DNA of 28,200 nt from a virus. Its lineage: Duplodnaviria > Caudoviricetes. The notes under the pieces were generated by a model. That model was not told the DNA's origin. It saw nothing but the letters and a program-made list of their open reading frames with translations, and searched no databases. The stretch lies in IMG/VR virus record IMGVR_UViG_3300043400_000009, positions 1 to 28,200 of that record; one strand, 5' to 3'. The position numbers and the translations under genes are program-made. This document shows, one piece after another, positions 1-6,990 of the stretch (position 1 is its first letter; every line of letters begins with the position of its first letter).

Positions 1-305
1 GGTAGTTCGCCAGTGTTGGAATATTTTGCCAACACGGGGAGTAGTTTTTGTACATCTTTTTGAGAAAGATGTACGTCAGTGTGTACAAGAACCCTATGGT
101 CTAAAGGAAACGATACCCAGCCGGTTGACTCCTGGGTTTTAACTCCGACGGCCTTAGCGTCACTGGCCAGGACCATCGGTCTAGGATCCGACACACCAAA
201 ATAGATGGCATTATCAACTTTTTGAATATGGCAAGGAGACTGGTGGTCGTCAACAAAGTCGATCCGCTTGAAACCGCGAGATGTTTTTGTAAAGAATAAT
301 TTCAT
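1..305 (-). CDS. Conserved phage hypothetical protein (runs off the left edge)
   Basis: ATG at 305, open to position 1: MKLFFTKTSRGFKRIDFVDD...VHLSQKDVQKLLPVLAKYSNTGEL. Resembles a recalled phage family (T.RGF...F.D...HL....V..LLP.L..F..TG.L). Not in the ORF track. Confidence 0.7.
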   Translation of the reverse strand, partial: MKLFFTKTSRGFKRIDFVDDHQSPCHIQKVDNAIYFGVSDPRPMVLASDAKAVGVKTQESTGWVSFPLDHRVLVHTDVHLSQKDVQKLLPVLAKYSNTGEL

Positions 306-318
306 ACTAAAATCCTAT

Positions 319-699
319 TTACCCGTTGGCCGCAGGAGCCACGGCAATGGTGACGGTTTTGGTGTCAGTGTGCTCGTTGTACGTGATACCGGCCCCATCA
401 CGCCAGCGAACCACGTACGCAAAAACGTACGTACCGGCAGTTGGGACGGTGCCAGTAACCACACCAGGGTCATAACGGGCAAGGAGATTCACCGAGGCTG
501 GCCCTGACTGCTGCGCCCAACGCACATCGTACACCGTCGCGCCATTCTGCCCCGTAGCCACGCCGTTAAGCTGGATTTGATTTCCAGCGTAACAAGTGGT
601 TGGAGCGCCGTAGGCAGTGATGCCCACTGAGGGACTACCCATGTCGTGACTGCACGACGCGAGAACTAGGATTACTAGGCAGAGGGCGAGCCGGTGCAT
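319..699 (-). CDS. Putative lipoprotein with a PKD/Ig-like beta domain
   Basis: Hydrophobic signal with lipobox (LVILVLAS-C); WAQQSGP and AGTYVF motifs are typical of PKD-like domains; has its own upstream promoter-like element. Confidence 0.65.
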   Translation of the reverse strand: MHRLALCLVILVLASCSHDMGSPSVGITAYGAPTTCYAGNQIQLNGVATGQNGATVYDVRWAQQSGPASVNLLARYDPGVVTGTVPTAGTYVFAYVVRWRDGAGITYNEHTDTKTVTIAVAPAANG

Positions 700-730
700 G
701 GCTTGTGTTCCTGTTAGGAGTGTGCCGCTG

Positions 731-757
731 ACTCTACTTCCATAATTTTAGTGTCAA
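731..757 (-). promoter_or_regulatory. Sigma70-like promoter TTGACA-N15-TAGAGT
   Basis: Perfect -35 with an A-rich upstream tract, directly before the lipoprotein gene; same 15-nt spacing as three other sites in the window. Confidence 0.5.
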
Positions 758-1076
758 GGAGTATTTTTGGCAGCCTCAACCATCTCGCTTATGCTGTAAA
801 CCAACTTGGCCATATGCTTATCTTTCCAAACCAGGATCTCACGGGCTACAGTGTCAGGGCCTGTATCTCCGCTGTAACACCAGTCTAATGACTTCACGAG
901 TTCAGCGGCGGCTTCAAGAAGATTTACAGCACACTTACCACCCTGAATCAGTACCGCGGCATCCGGATATTTTCTCCGTATGCATTCAACTTTCCAGCAC
1001 GCTCAATGTCTTCTTGAATGTTACCGGCAAGATCGTTGAGGGCATACTGCTTGTAGCCCCAATGACTGCCACTCAT
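754..1076 (-). pseudogene. Frameshifted conserved phage protein (MSGxH..Y...DW..SGD.G type)
   Basis: MSGSHWGYKQYALNDLAGNIQEDIE...YGE, then a one-base frame change at the T4 run (970-973) continues YPDAAV...LDWCYSGDTGPDTV...KNTP*. Total length 323 nt, one base short of in-frame. Confidence 0.6.
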
Positions 1077-1462
1077 TCTACGATCCAGTTGTCTTCAGGG
1101 TTTATCTTTGGGTCAACAACAATAACAGCTACATGATTAGTACACCGGCCACCGAGTATGGCGGTGCTGGTGCATTCACCCTAATTGTCGTACCAAACAT
1201 TCGTGCGTTCATTCATAACAAACTCGCCACCCTTATACCCTAAAAAAGTTTTTCCGACGCAATCTTGAGCGTGGGACAGCAACCGCTCAACGGATATATA
1301 ACCGGTGTCAGGAGGATAGTGCTCAATAGCTAAGTCGGCGTAATTCCCTCTATAGGAGTAAAGCCCTCCCGGATGCTGCCCATTGCTAAATTTAACCGCT
1401 GCGGTCGAAGGGCACTTCTTTAGCCATGTAATAAGTTCAACAAGAGTAATAGTTTTACGCAT
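1073..1462 (-). pseudogene. Conserved phage protein (SYRG.Y.DLA / GYKGGEF.M family) with in-frame TAG at 1181-1183
   Basis: The ORF-track protein stops at VWYDN*, but the frame continues GECTSTAI...WIVE to a TGA that overlaps the next ATG (ATGA, 1073-1076). Confidence 0.6.
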
Positions 1463-1691
1463 GCTTAGTCTTTCTATCGTAATATTCAACCGCAGAAATA
1501 GCCAACGCGGCGATCTCGATCATTCGTTGGCGGTGTGTGGTGGGATTTGGATCGGACGCGATTTCCCGAGGAACAGTTCTGCACTAAATGAACTCCTCCC
1601 AGTCTCTAGGCTCATACTCGTCATCGTGCTTCTTGTCCTGTCGCTGGTGCTCCTGCACCACTTCCGAAATAATAGAATTTAAGTTACTCAT
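1455..1691 (-). pseudogene. Small MazG-like/all-alpha NTP-pyrophosphatase-like protein with in-frame TAG at 1584-1586
   Basis: MSNLNSIISEVVQEHQRQDKKHDD...WEEFI*CRTV...RQRMIEIAALAISAVEYYDRK. The start overlaps the recQ stop (ATGA) and the end overlaps the next gene's start. Confidence 0.55.
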
Positions 1692-4378
1692 TTTATGTCC
1701 TCTGATTTTAAAAAACATGCGTCTATATATGCCGCTTTATCGGCAGTACCGGCAAACATGACGAGATCGTCTATTTTAACTGAGTCTTTATTCTTCTTTT
1801 GAATAAGATCTCTTTCTGTGATAGTCATTGCTCGGGCTATGCGTCGGATGGCCAAGGCGGAATCAGGCGCATCCTTAGCGCATGCTCCAGAATTCCATAT
1901 TCTAGAAGCCGGATCATCCTCATTTTGCGTGACCGTGAACACCAACTTGCCATGAATTATGTCACCGCCGACACGCTTAGCCCAGCCACGGGCAAGTTCC
2001 ATGTTCTGCACCGGGAGACGGTATGTCTTGGTTCCTGCCGACGAGGACAAGAGGCGGTGATGCTCCATGTAGCTCAGTGCCGACATAGCCCATCCTTCCA
2101 TTCCGGTTGGACAGCCGGCTACTTTTGCCAAAGCTGACTCAGGAAGACGGAGAATACCCTTGGGCTTAACTTTCCGGCACAGATACTCCCATATCCTTTG
2201 GTAGATATAGATCTTAGGATTACCGATGTTGGTGAAGTAATTCCTGAGCCTCAATCCTTCCTTGCTGACGTTGAGTATGAACCGTGCTGGAAGACCATCG
2301 CGACCGCCGCGACCGGCAAGCTGAACCATCTCGAACACATCTTGCGGCAGGTGCCATGAAACAACTAATCTGACGTTAGCAACGTCTATACCAAGACCGA
2401 ATGCGTTAGTGGCGCACATAATCTCGACTTCGCCGTCCTTGAAACTATCTTGCGCTTTGTTTTTGATGTGTTTATCTAGGCCAGCGTGATAGCACTCAGC
2501 TGATAGCCCGTGCCCCTTCAACAGGCTAGCCATGGCTTCCGCCGACTTGCGAGAAGCACAATAAACGATCTTGGACCCTTCACCAACCCTACGGATCTCG
2601 CGCATAAGATCCTGTTCCGTCATGTTGGTACGCGCCTCGTAGGATATGTTCTCTCGCCGTGGAGGAGCAACAACGCGGTCATACATAGTCATCCGGAGAC
2701 TACGGATTACTTCTCTTTCCACTTCTTCGTCAGCAGTAGCGGTGAGGGCAAGCTTAGGAACATCTGGAAATAATGCTGAAAACTTAATGATCTCGGAGAA
2801 GCCTGGGCGGTAGGAACTTCTATCCCGGATAGTGTGGCAGTTATGGACCGCTATGTCATTAGCGAAAAAAGTATGGTACTCTTCGGTCTCTATGTCAAAT
2901 ACATCGTCATAGCCAATGTATTCAGCACTTATTATTTTTGACAAGCTCAGGCACGGTTCTTGCTCTCCGCATAGTTTAACTTTTTGCGCAGAGGCTCGAA
3001 ACTCTCCCGGCACGCAGGCGACCCACAGCATACTCTCTTTGCTACAGCTTGCGCATTCTTGGCCTGAAATGTTTTTTCGCATATAAGACATTTGACGTAA
3101 ACTACCGGCGGCACTTCTAACTTGTACCGCATGCTCGGTATTACGTACTCCGCGATGTTCTTCACTAGGATCCTGGATGGTTCTGTTCTTAATCGGATCA
3201 TCGTGTAGCCACCGTACTCCGAAGTTATCGCAGGGCACCCCATGTCTGTGAGTCGTCGGCTCAACATTTTTGATGCCCAAGACGGAAATCCTTCGGTATG
3301 AAAAGTGACGCTGCTTCCACTTAAACTTCCGTCGTCCATAAACCAATAAGCTATGGAGCGCCACGTCAAAGCATCGCACCACTCCTTTGTGACGGTCTTT
3401 TTCAGCCTTCCGGTGAGTATAGATTTTCGGTAACAAACGCCTTTCAATACGTCGAATTGTCGGCACATAGCGGTGTTGAAACAGCATAAAGTTTTGCCGT
3501 AGCCACCGTTCTTTTGAATCCTGGGAGGAGTTACAACATACGGGTGCAACACTTTGGCTTTGTGCCGGCTGTACTTCTCCTGTGTTAGACCGTGATTTGT
3601 CTGTATACGCCCATGCCCTAGTCTCCCCCATTGGATGGAAGAGTCTCCCAGTAGCATCCCCAGAAGCGTCTCGTACTGAATCGTGGTCAGCGATATCTGG
3701 GAATATTTCCCGTAGATAAAGCCACCCTTCCCCGGTCCATATTTTTTCGCCTGACGTACAATCAAGCGTCTTTTCATTTTCAAATTTGACGCGGTACACT
3801 TTTCTTTTACCGCGAGGATGGATGGCTTTGATGCGGTCATGAACTACTCTGTTATCCTCTGTAAATGATTCAAGAGTGTCACCAGGAGTACACTCCGAGA
3901 GTTTCTTAGTAGCACCATTGGACATTCTGATGTCGGTATCTTTAGTCAAGCACTCATCAATCGCAATGAAGCTCAGAGCACACTTAGATATAGCTTCAAT
4001 GAATTCCTTGTTCTTCAAACGCTCGGGAGCAATGAACAGGACTCGGAGCTTACCGCGACGGAGAGCAGAGTAGATTTCCTGCTGCTGTTCTTCTGACTGA
4101 TCCGATGACATCGTAGCCGCTGCAATGCCAGCTTGGTTACAGCGCTCCACTTGGTCCTTCATCAATGCTATTAGCGGGCTGAAAATGATGGCTACGTGCT
4201 TTGGCTCAGCTAGGAACGCAGGCATCTGAAGTATCAAACTTTTGCCCCCGCCGGTCGGCAAAACAGCAAACACGTTCTTACCAAGCAAAACTTTTTTAAT
4301 CAGCTTCAACTGGATAGGCTTGGGGGGGTACCCAAATAGCCTTTTACAGGCTGCCGTAATGCGGTCAGATAGTTTCAC
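1688..4378 (-). CDS. recQ: RecQ-family ATP-dependent DNA helicase, intein-containing
   Basis: Motifs LPTGGGKS, SPLIALMKDQV, APERL, IAIDE|CH (after splicing), ALTATA, YHAGL, ATNAFGLGID, QLAGRGGRDG. Confidence 0.95.
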   Translation of the reverse strand: MKLSDRITAACKRLFGYPPKPIQLKLIKKVLLGKNVFAVLPTGGGKSLILQMPAFLAEPKHVAIIFSPLIALMKDQVERCNQAGIAAATMSSDQSEEQQQEIYSALRRGKLRVLFIAPERLKNKEFIEAISKCALSFIAIDECLTKDTDIRMSNGATKKLSECTPGDTLESFTEDNRVVHDRIKAIHPRGKRKVYRVKFENEKTLDCTSGEKIWTGEGWLYLREIFPDIADHDSVRDASGDATGRLFHPMGETRAWAYTDKSRSNTGEVQPAQSQSVAPVCCNSSQDSKERWLRQNFMLFQHRYVPTIRRIERRLLPKIYTHRKAEKDRHKGVVRCFDVALHSLLVYGRRKFKWKQRHFSYRRISVLGIKNVEPTTHRHGVPCDNFGVRWLHDDPIKNRTIQDPSEEHRGVRNTEHAVQVRSAAGSLRQMSYMRKNISGQECASCSKESMLWVACVPGEFRASAQKVKLCGEQEPCLSLSKIISAEYIGYDDVFDIETEEYHTFFANDIAVHNCHTIRDRSSYRPGFSEIIKFSALFPDVPKLALTATADEEVEREVIRSLRMTMYDRVVAPPRRENISYEARTNMTEQDLMREIRRVGEGSKIVYCASRKSAEAMASLLKGHGLSAECYHAGLDKHIKNKAQDSFKDGEVEIMCATNAFGLGIDVANVRLVVSWHLPQDVFEMVQLAGRGGRDGLPARFILNVSKEGLRLRNYFTNIGNPKIYIYQRIWEYLCRKVKPKGILRLPESALAKVAGCPTGMEGWAMSALSYMEHHRLLSSSAGTKTYRLPVQNMELARGWAKRVGGDIIHGKLVFTVTQNEDDPASRIWNSGACAKDAPDSALAIRRIARAMTITERDLIQKKNKDSVKIDDLVMFAGTADKAAYIDACFLKSEDIK
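2840..3952 (-). mobile_element. Intein (371 aa) in the RecQ Walker B/DExH motif
   Basis: Begins CLTKDTDIRMSNG, ends VFDIETEEYHTFFANDIAVHN, +1 residue Cys; removal restores DECH. Block B reads TSGE rather than TxxH. Confidence 0.92.
2947..3840 (-). CDS. LAGLIDADG homing endonuclease nested in the +1 frame inside the RecQ intein (start uncertain; ATG at 3840 or 3777)
   Basis: Two LAGLIDADG helices (LLGMLLGDSS, IAYWFMDDGS), HG..Q..Y...K and FHTEGF motifs, and a C-terminal CxxC...CC...C Zn-finger-like tail. Similar layout to the in-frame endonuclease of the RecA intein. Confidence 0.88.
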   Translation of the reverse strand: MTASKPSILAVKEKCTASNLKMKRRLIVRQAKKYGPGKGGFIYGKYSQISLTTIQYETLLGMLLGDSSIQWGRLGHGRIQTNHGLTQEKYSRHKAKVLHPYVVTPPRIQKNGGYGKTLCCFNTAMCRQFDVLKGVCYRKSILTGRLKKTVTKEWCDALTWRSIAYWFMDDGSLSGSSVTFHTEGFPSWASKMLSRRLTDMGCPAITSEYGGYTMIRLRTEPSRILVKNIAEYVIPSMRYKLEVPPVVYVKCLICEKTFQAKNAQAVAKRVCCGSPACRESFEPLRKKLNYAESKNRA

Positions 4379-4413
4379 GGGCCATACCCAACAGTAGGCG
4401 TCAGAGTAATCCG

Positions 4414-4426
4414 CAAACAGTGTTTG
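4414..4426. promoter_or_regulatory. Palindromic motif CAAACAGTGTTTG, copy upstream of recQ
   Basis: One of six copies located between genes. Confidence 0.7.
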
Positions 4427-4446
4427 TTACGCAATAGCATTACGGC

Positions 4447-4473
4447 AGCCTGCACACATAAACCGTATGTCAA
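4447..4473 (-). promoter_or_regulatory. Sigma70-like promoter TTGACA-N15-CAGGCT
   Basis: Perfect -35 with an AT-rich upstream tract; the -10 is weak. Confidence 0.35.
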
Positions 4474-4488
4474 CTAATAATTTTTATC

Positions 4489-4773
4489 CTAGGGGCTGCG
4501 ATAGGCAGCAGGCTCGTCTAAATCCCCATCGGCGGCTGGTCGCTGAATGGGAGTGTTGGGCTCAAAAAATAGCCTAAATTTATAAATCTTAAATATTGGC
4601 TTTCTGAATCCAAAACGCTCTGAAAATAAAATAGGATCATGCGGACCAAGCAATCCAATCTTTTTTGATTTAAAAATAATCCAAAATCCACAACGCCAAA
4701 ATATAAATTTAATCCGCCCAACAACGCAATGCATCGGAGCCGGACCAGCGTCGGTTGTGGTGTCGGTAGTCAT
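4489..4773 (-). CDS. Hypothetical protein, cassette-like, with both termini encoded by attC-like halves
   Basis: ATGA-coupled to the upstream gene; AT-rich core between GC-rich repeat-derived ends (PAPMHCVVGR ... PNTPIQRPAA). Confidence 0.55.
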   Translation of the reverse strand: MTTDTTTDAGPAPMHCVVGRIKFIFWRCGFWIIFKSKKIGLLGPHDPILFSERFGFRKPIFKIYKFRLFFEPNTPIQRPAADGDLDEPAAYRSP

Positions 4774-5060
4774 TTGTCGGCCACCTGATTGCTGGGGTTC
4801 GGCAGACGGAAGACATGAAATACAAGTCTCCCCTCATGTAAAATAACTGTGTCAATATAAATCCCCGGATTATCAGGTAGCGGGTCGCCCGTGCCATAAA
4901 CTGAAAAATCTATGCTTTCTGTGTCGTGTTGATCTTCAATTATAGCCCAGATATATAAATCTGAATTAACATAAGCGCATTTAATTATATCCGCTTTAAC
5001 AGGCAATTGAAGTTCCTGCCTATCGGTGATGTGTAATTTATATTTAAATATTCTTTTCAT
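4770..5060 (-). CDS. Conserved phage hypothetical protein
   Basis: MKRIFKYKL...QELQLP...IWA...VYGTG.P....YI.TV....LVFHVF pattern is common in phage small proteins; coupled stop/start. Confidence 0.75.
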   Translation of the reverse strand: MKRIFKYKLHITDRQELQLPVKADIIKCAYVNSDLYIWAIIEDQHDTESIDFSVYGTGDPLPDNPGIYIDTVILHEGRLVFHVFRLPNPSNQVADK

Positions 5061-5104
5061 TATTAAATCTTTGTTTCTTGGGTTGTGGTTTCACTTGCCG
5101 AACT

Positions 5105-5401
5105 CTACAATGCAGCGGAGCCGGTGACACCCGGTCTTGCTTGTCGGTCGTCTTTTGGCAGACCGCTGATCTGAGGGTTGGGCAACTTATCTGGAATCCT
5201 CGCAGACCTCGCATGCAAAACACTATTATGCGTAGTATTCTCAAGCCTTTCTAGTGTGTCGGTGTAAGAATTAAGCCTTTTCACTATTAACGCAGCAAAT
5301 CCAATTGGCATCACAATGTCTTTTGCCTCATTCTTTTTTGCGTCATCCAAAACCCTTTGCATGATGGTAGCTATATCATCTTGGGAATACTTTGATGGCA
5401 T
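5105..5401 (-). CDS. Hypothetical protein
   Basis: ATG with GAGGA Shine-Dalgarno; C-terminus reads through an attC-like site. Confidence 0.6.
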   Translation of the reverse strand: MPSKYSQDDIATIMQRVLDDAKKNEAKDIVMPIGFAALIVKRLNSYTDTLERLENTTHNSVLHARSARIPDKLPNPQISGLPKDDRQARPGVTGSAAL

Positions 5402-5467
5402 GATATTATCCTCGATTAAATTAAACGTTGCCCAACCATCCGTTACAGCCGAGCGGGCGATGGGTGG

Positions 5468-5689
5468 TTAGGGTGATTGGCGTTCGCTGTCCGCGCCCGC
5501 CGACTGAACTGGAGTGTTGGGCCGATAAACGTAACCATTACAAATGGCGCAGTATGGAATACCTTTTGCATCAAAGCAGACATGTTGCCACGTTTTGCAT
5601 TGATGACATGCCGGTATTCCGGCAGGCGGCGGAGCTGGTGAAATGGGGCGAATCTTCTTTTTTGCAGAATGAAGGGCAGACATAGTCAT
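5468..5689 (-). CDS. Small zinc-ribbon protein (CxxC...CxxC)
   Basis: CHQC...CAIC; ATGA coupling with the upstream ORF; stop lies in the loop of an attC-like site. Confidence 0.6.
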   Translation of the reverse strand: MTMSALHSAKKKIRPISPAPPPAGIPACHQCKTWQHVCFDAKGIPYCAICNGYVYRPNTPVQSAGADSERQSP

Positions 5690-5892
5690 TGTTCCAATCG
5701 ATTAATCGGCCCAACAACCGGATGCACCGGAGCAGCCGACGCGGCTGCCCGGCTATCCTCGGGGTTCTGCGGCACCGAAGCAGACAACCTTTCCTCAGCA
5801 TATTCCGCATTTGGGTCAATGTTGTTAAAAGTAAAGAAGCGCGCATCCAAGTTCATGCCTGCGGCTTCTTCGTGGGCTTCGCGATTAGTCAT
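5686..5892 (-). CDS. Hypothetical protein containing a complete attC-like site in frame
   Basis: GGGAG Shine-Dalgarno, ATG start, coupled to the next ORF. Confidence 0.5.
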   Translation of the reverse strand: MTNREAHEEAAGMNLDARFFTFNNIDPNAEYAEERLSASVPQNPEDSRAAASAAPVHPVVGPINRLEQ

Positions 5893-5968
5893 TATTTATC
5901 TCCCTGGTTTTTATTTACGGCCACAGGACAACCGGATGCATCGGACAACAGCCGCCGACGCGCTGATC

Positions 5969-6148
5969 CTACGGTCTAGATTCTGCAATGCCCCGCAGTC
6001 GCTTAACTTCCTCTGATAATTCCATGGTAAATTCACATAAGGCATCAATTATTGTCTCTTCTTCGGATGACCTAGTGTATGGAAATACTACTTTTTTTTT
6101 CTTTATTTTACTAATAAAATCTTTAATTTCATATTCTGCTGGCGACAT
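5969..6148 (-). CDS. Hypothetical protein (59 aa)
   Basis: AAGGA Shine-Dalgarno plus ATG; MSPAEYEIKDFISKIKKKKVVFPYTRS...; below the ORF-track cutoff. Confidence 0.5.
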   Translation of the reverse strand: MSPAEYEIKDFISKIKKKKVVFPYTRSSEEETIIDALCEFTMELSEEVKRLRGIAESRP

Positions 6149-6230
6149 AATTTATATTCCTTGTATTGGTTTGTTTCTATCAAAACAAATTTAACTCTAG
6201 GGTGCATCGGGCCGCGCTCAGATAATAGGC

Positions 6231-6449
6231 TCACAGATTTAATGGCACAAATGTTTTGGTGTACTTGTCCCATACTGCAATCTTAGCAAGAGATTTACCG
6301 CCGCACTTTAGATAGTCCAATCCTCCATCAACATAAGTGCTATTAGGGCACTCACAACTAACAAAATCATGCCTATGATTTGACGTAAGCACAGTACCAC
6401 ACTGAGTACACATGATACTGTTTTTATTAGTAGGGTGATTACTTGCCAT
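6231..6449 (-). CDS. Small phage zinc-binding protein (CxxC...S.HRHDF..C.C....VDGG..Y)
   Basis: Recognisable conserved phage motif; ATG at 6449 preferred over the TTG start in the track. Confidence 0.75.
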   Translation of the reverse strand: MASNHPTNKNSIMCTQCGTVLTSNHRHDFVSCECPNSTYVDGGLDYLKCGGKSLAKIAVWDKYTKTFVPLNL

Positions 6450-6534
6450 TAAAAATATCCCATAAACGAAGGAGGCAAACGAGAAGGCCAGTAACAAGTA
6501 CCAGCATCACAAAAGCGAAAGCAGCCATTAGCAT
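6439..6534 (-). CDS. Putative 31-aa single-pass membrane peptide
   Basis: MLMAAFAFVMLVLVTGLLVCLLRLWDIFNGK fills the gap between the flanking genes. Confidence 0.4.
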   Translation of the reverse strand: MLMAAFAFVMLVLVTGLLVCLLRLWDIFNGK

Positions 6535-6541
6535 AGTTAAT

Positions 6542-6916
6542 TTATCGGCGCAGTTTAAGGAACTTAACCACTTCTGCCCACTCGCCACCATGACTGTTGG
6601 CTAACATGATAACTAGGGTCAAAGTGCTCAGGTGAGTCCGGAAATGGTTGATATGCCTCTCAGAGAGGCCATTGTCAGCAATGATCGCCTTCGGATCCCC
6701 GAGAGATAGCAAAAGCATGCGGTTTACATCTCTACGAGTTTTGTTATCCGAAAAAGAAGTTAACAGTTTGTTACGAACACTAGCCTTACCAAGTGCGTAA
6801 GCACGTCTAACGAGAGCTGCGTAATCTGGAGAAAAGTCTAATTCAGCGGAATTAATTAACTGTTTTAAGTTTTTGCACTTTGATGCATCCGTGCATACGG
6901 TTCTCGTGGTATTCAT
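6542..6916 (-). CDS. Hypothetical protein
   Basis: 124-aa ORF with AGGA Shine-Dalgarno, co-oriented with neighbours. Confidence 0.65.
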   Translation of the reverse strand: MNTTRTVCTDASKCKNLKQLINSAELDFSPDYAALVRRAYALGKASVRNKLLTSFSDNKTRRDVNRMLLLSLGDPKAIIADNGLSERHINHFRTHLSTLTLVIMLANSHGGEWAEVVKFLKLRR

Positions 6917-6924
6917 GGTGTCCT

Positions 6925-6961
6925 AAAACTAAGTAGGGTGGCCTTATGCGAACCACCCTAC
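6925..6961 (-). terminator. Intrinsic-terminator-like hairpin
   Basis: GTAGGGTGG/CCACCCTAC 9-bp stem followed by TTAGTTTT on the minus strand, after the ParB-like gene. Confidence 0.55.
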
Positions 6962-6981
6962 CGCGTCTAACACTATGTCAA
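6955..6981 (-). promoter_or_regulatory. Sigma70-like promoter TTGACA-N15-TAGGGT
   Basis: Perfect -35 with an AT-rich upstream tract; the -10 overlaps the hairpin arm. Confidence 0.45.
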
Positions 6982-6990
6982 GATATATTT

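Larger units (their letters stand above)
4540..6235 (+). repeat. Array of attC-like imperfect inverted repeats: half site ~4540-4561; full sites 4716-4803, 5097-5183, 5430-5522, 5709-5770, 5923-5980; degenerate site 6189-6235
   Basis: The clearest sites read GCC(C/G)AAC-N5-L box...L box-N5/6-GTT(G/C)(G/T)GC with one extra base in the left L box, e.g. GCCCAAC CATCC GTTACAGCCG...CGACTGAAC TGGAGT GTTGGGC. Confidence 0.72.

Noticed and set aside
2947-3840. Group I intron as the explanation for the out-of-frame endonuclease
   Set aside because: No intron core is recognisable, there is no non-coding room, and the host frame is continuous with intein termini.
4518-5846. Alternative minus-strand ORFs 4518-4724, 4709-4897, 5044-5244 and 5571-5846
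   Set aside because: They overlap better-coupled ORFs in other frames and lack good start signals.
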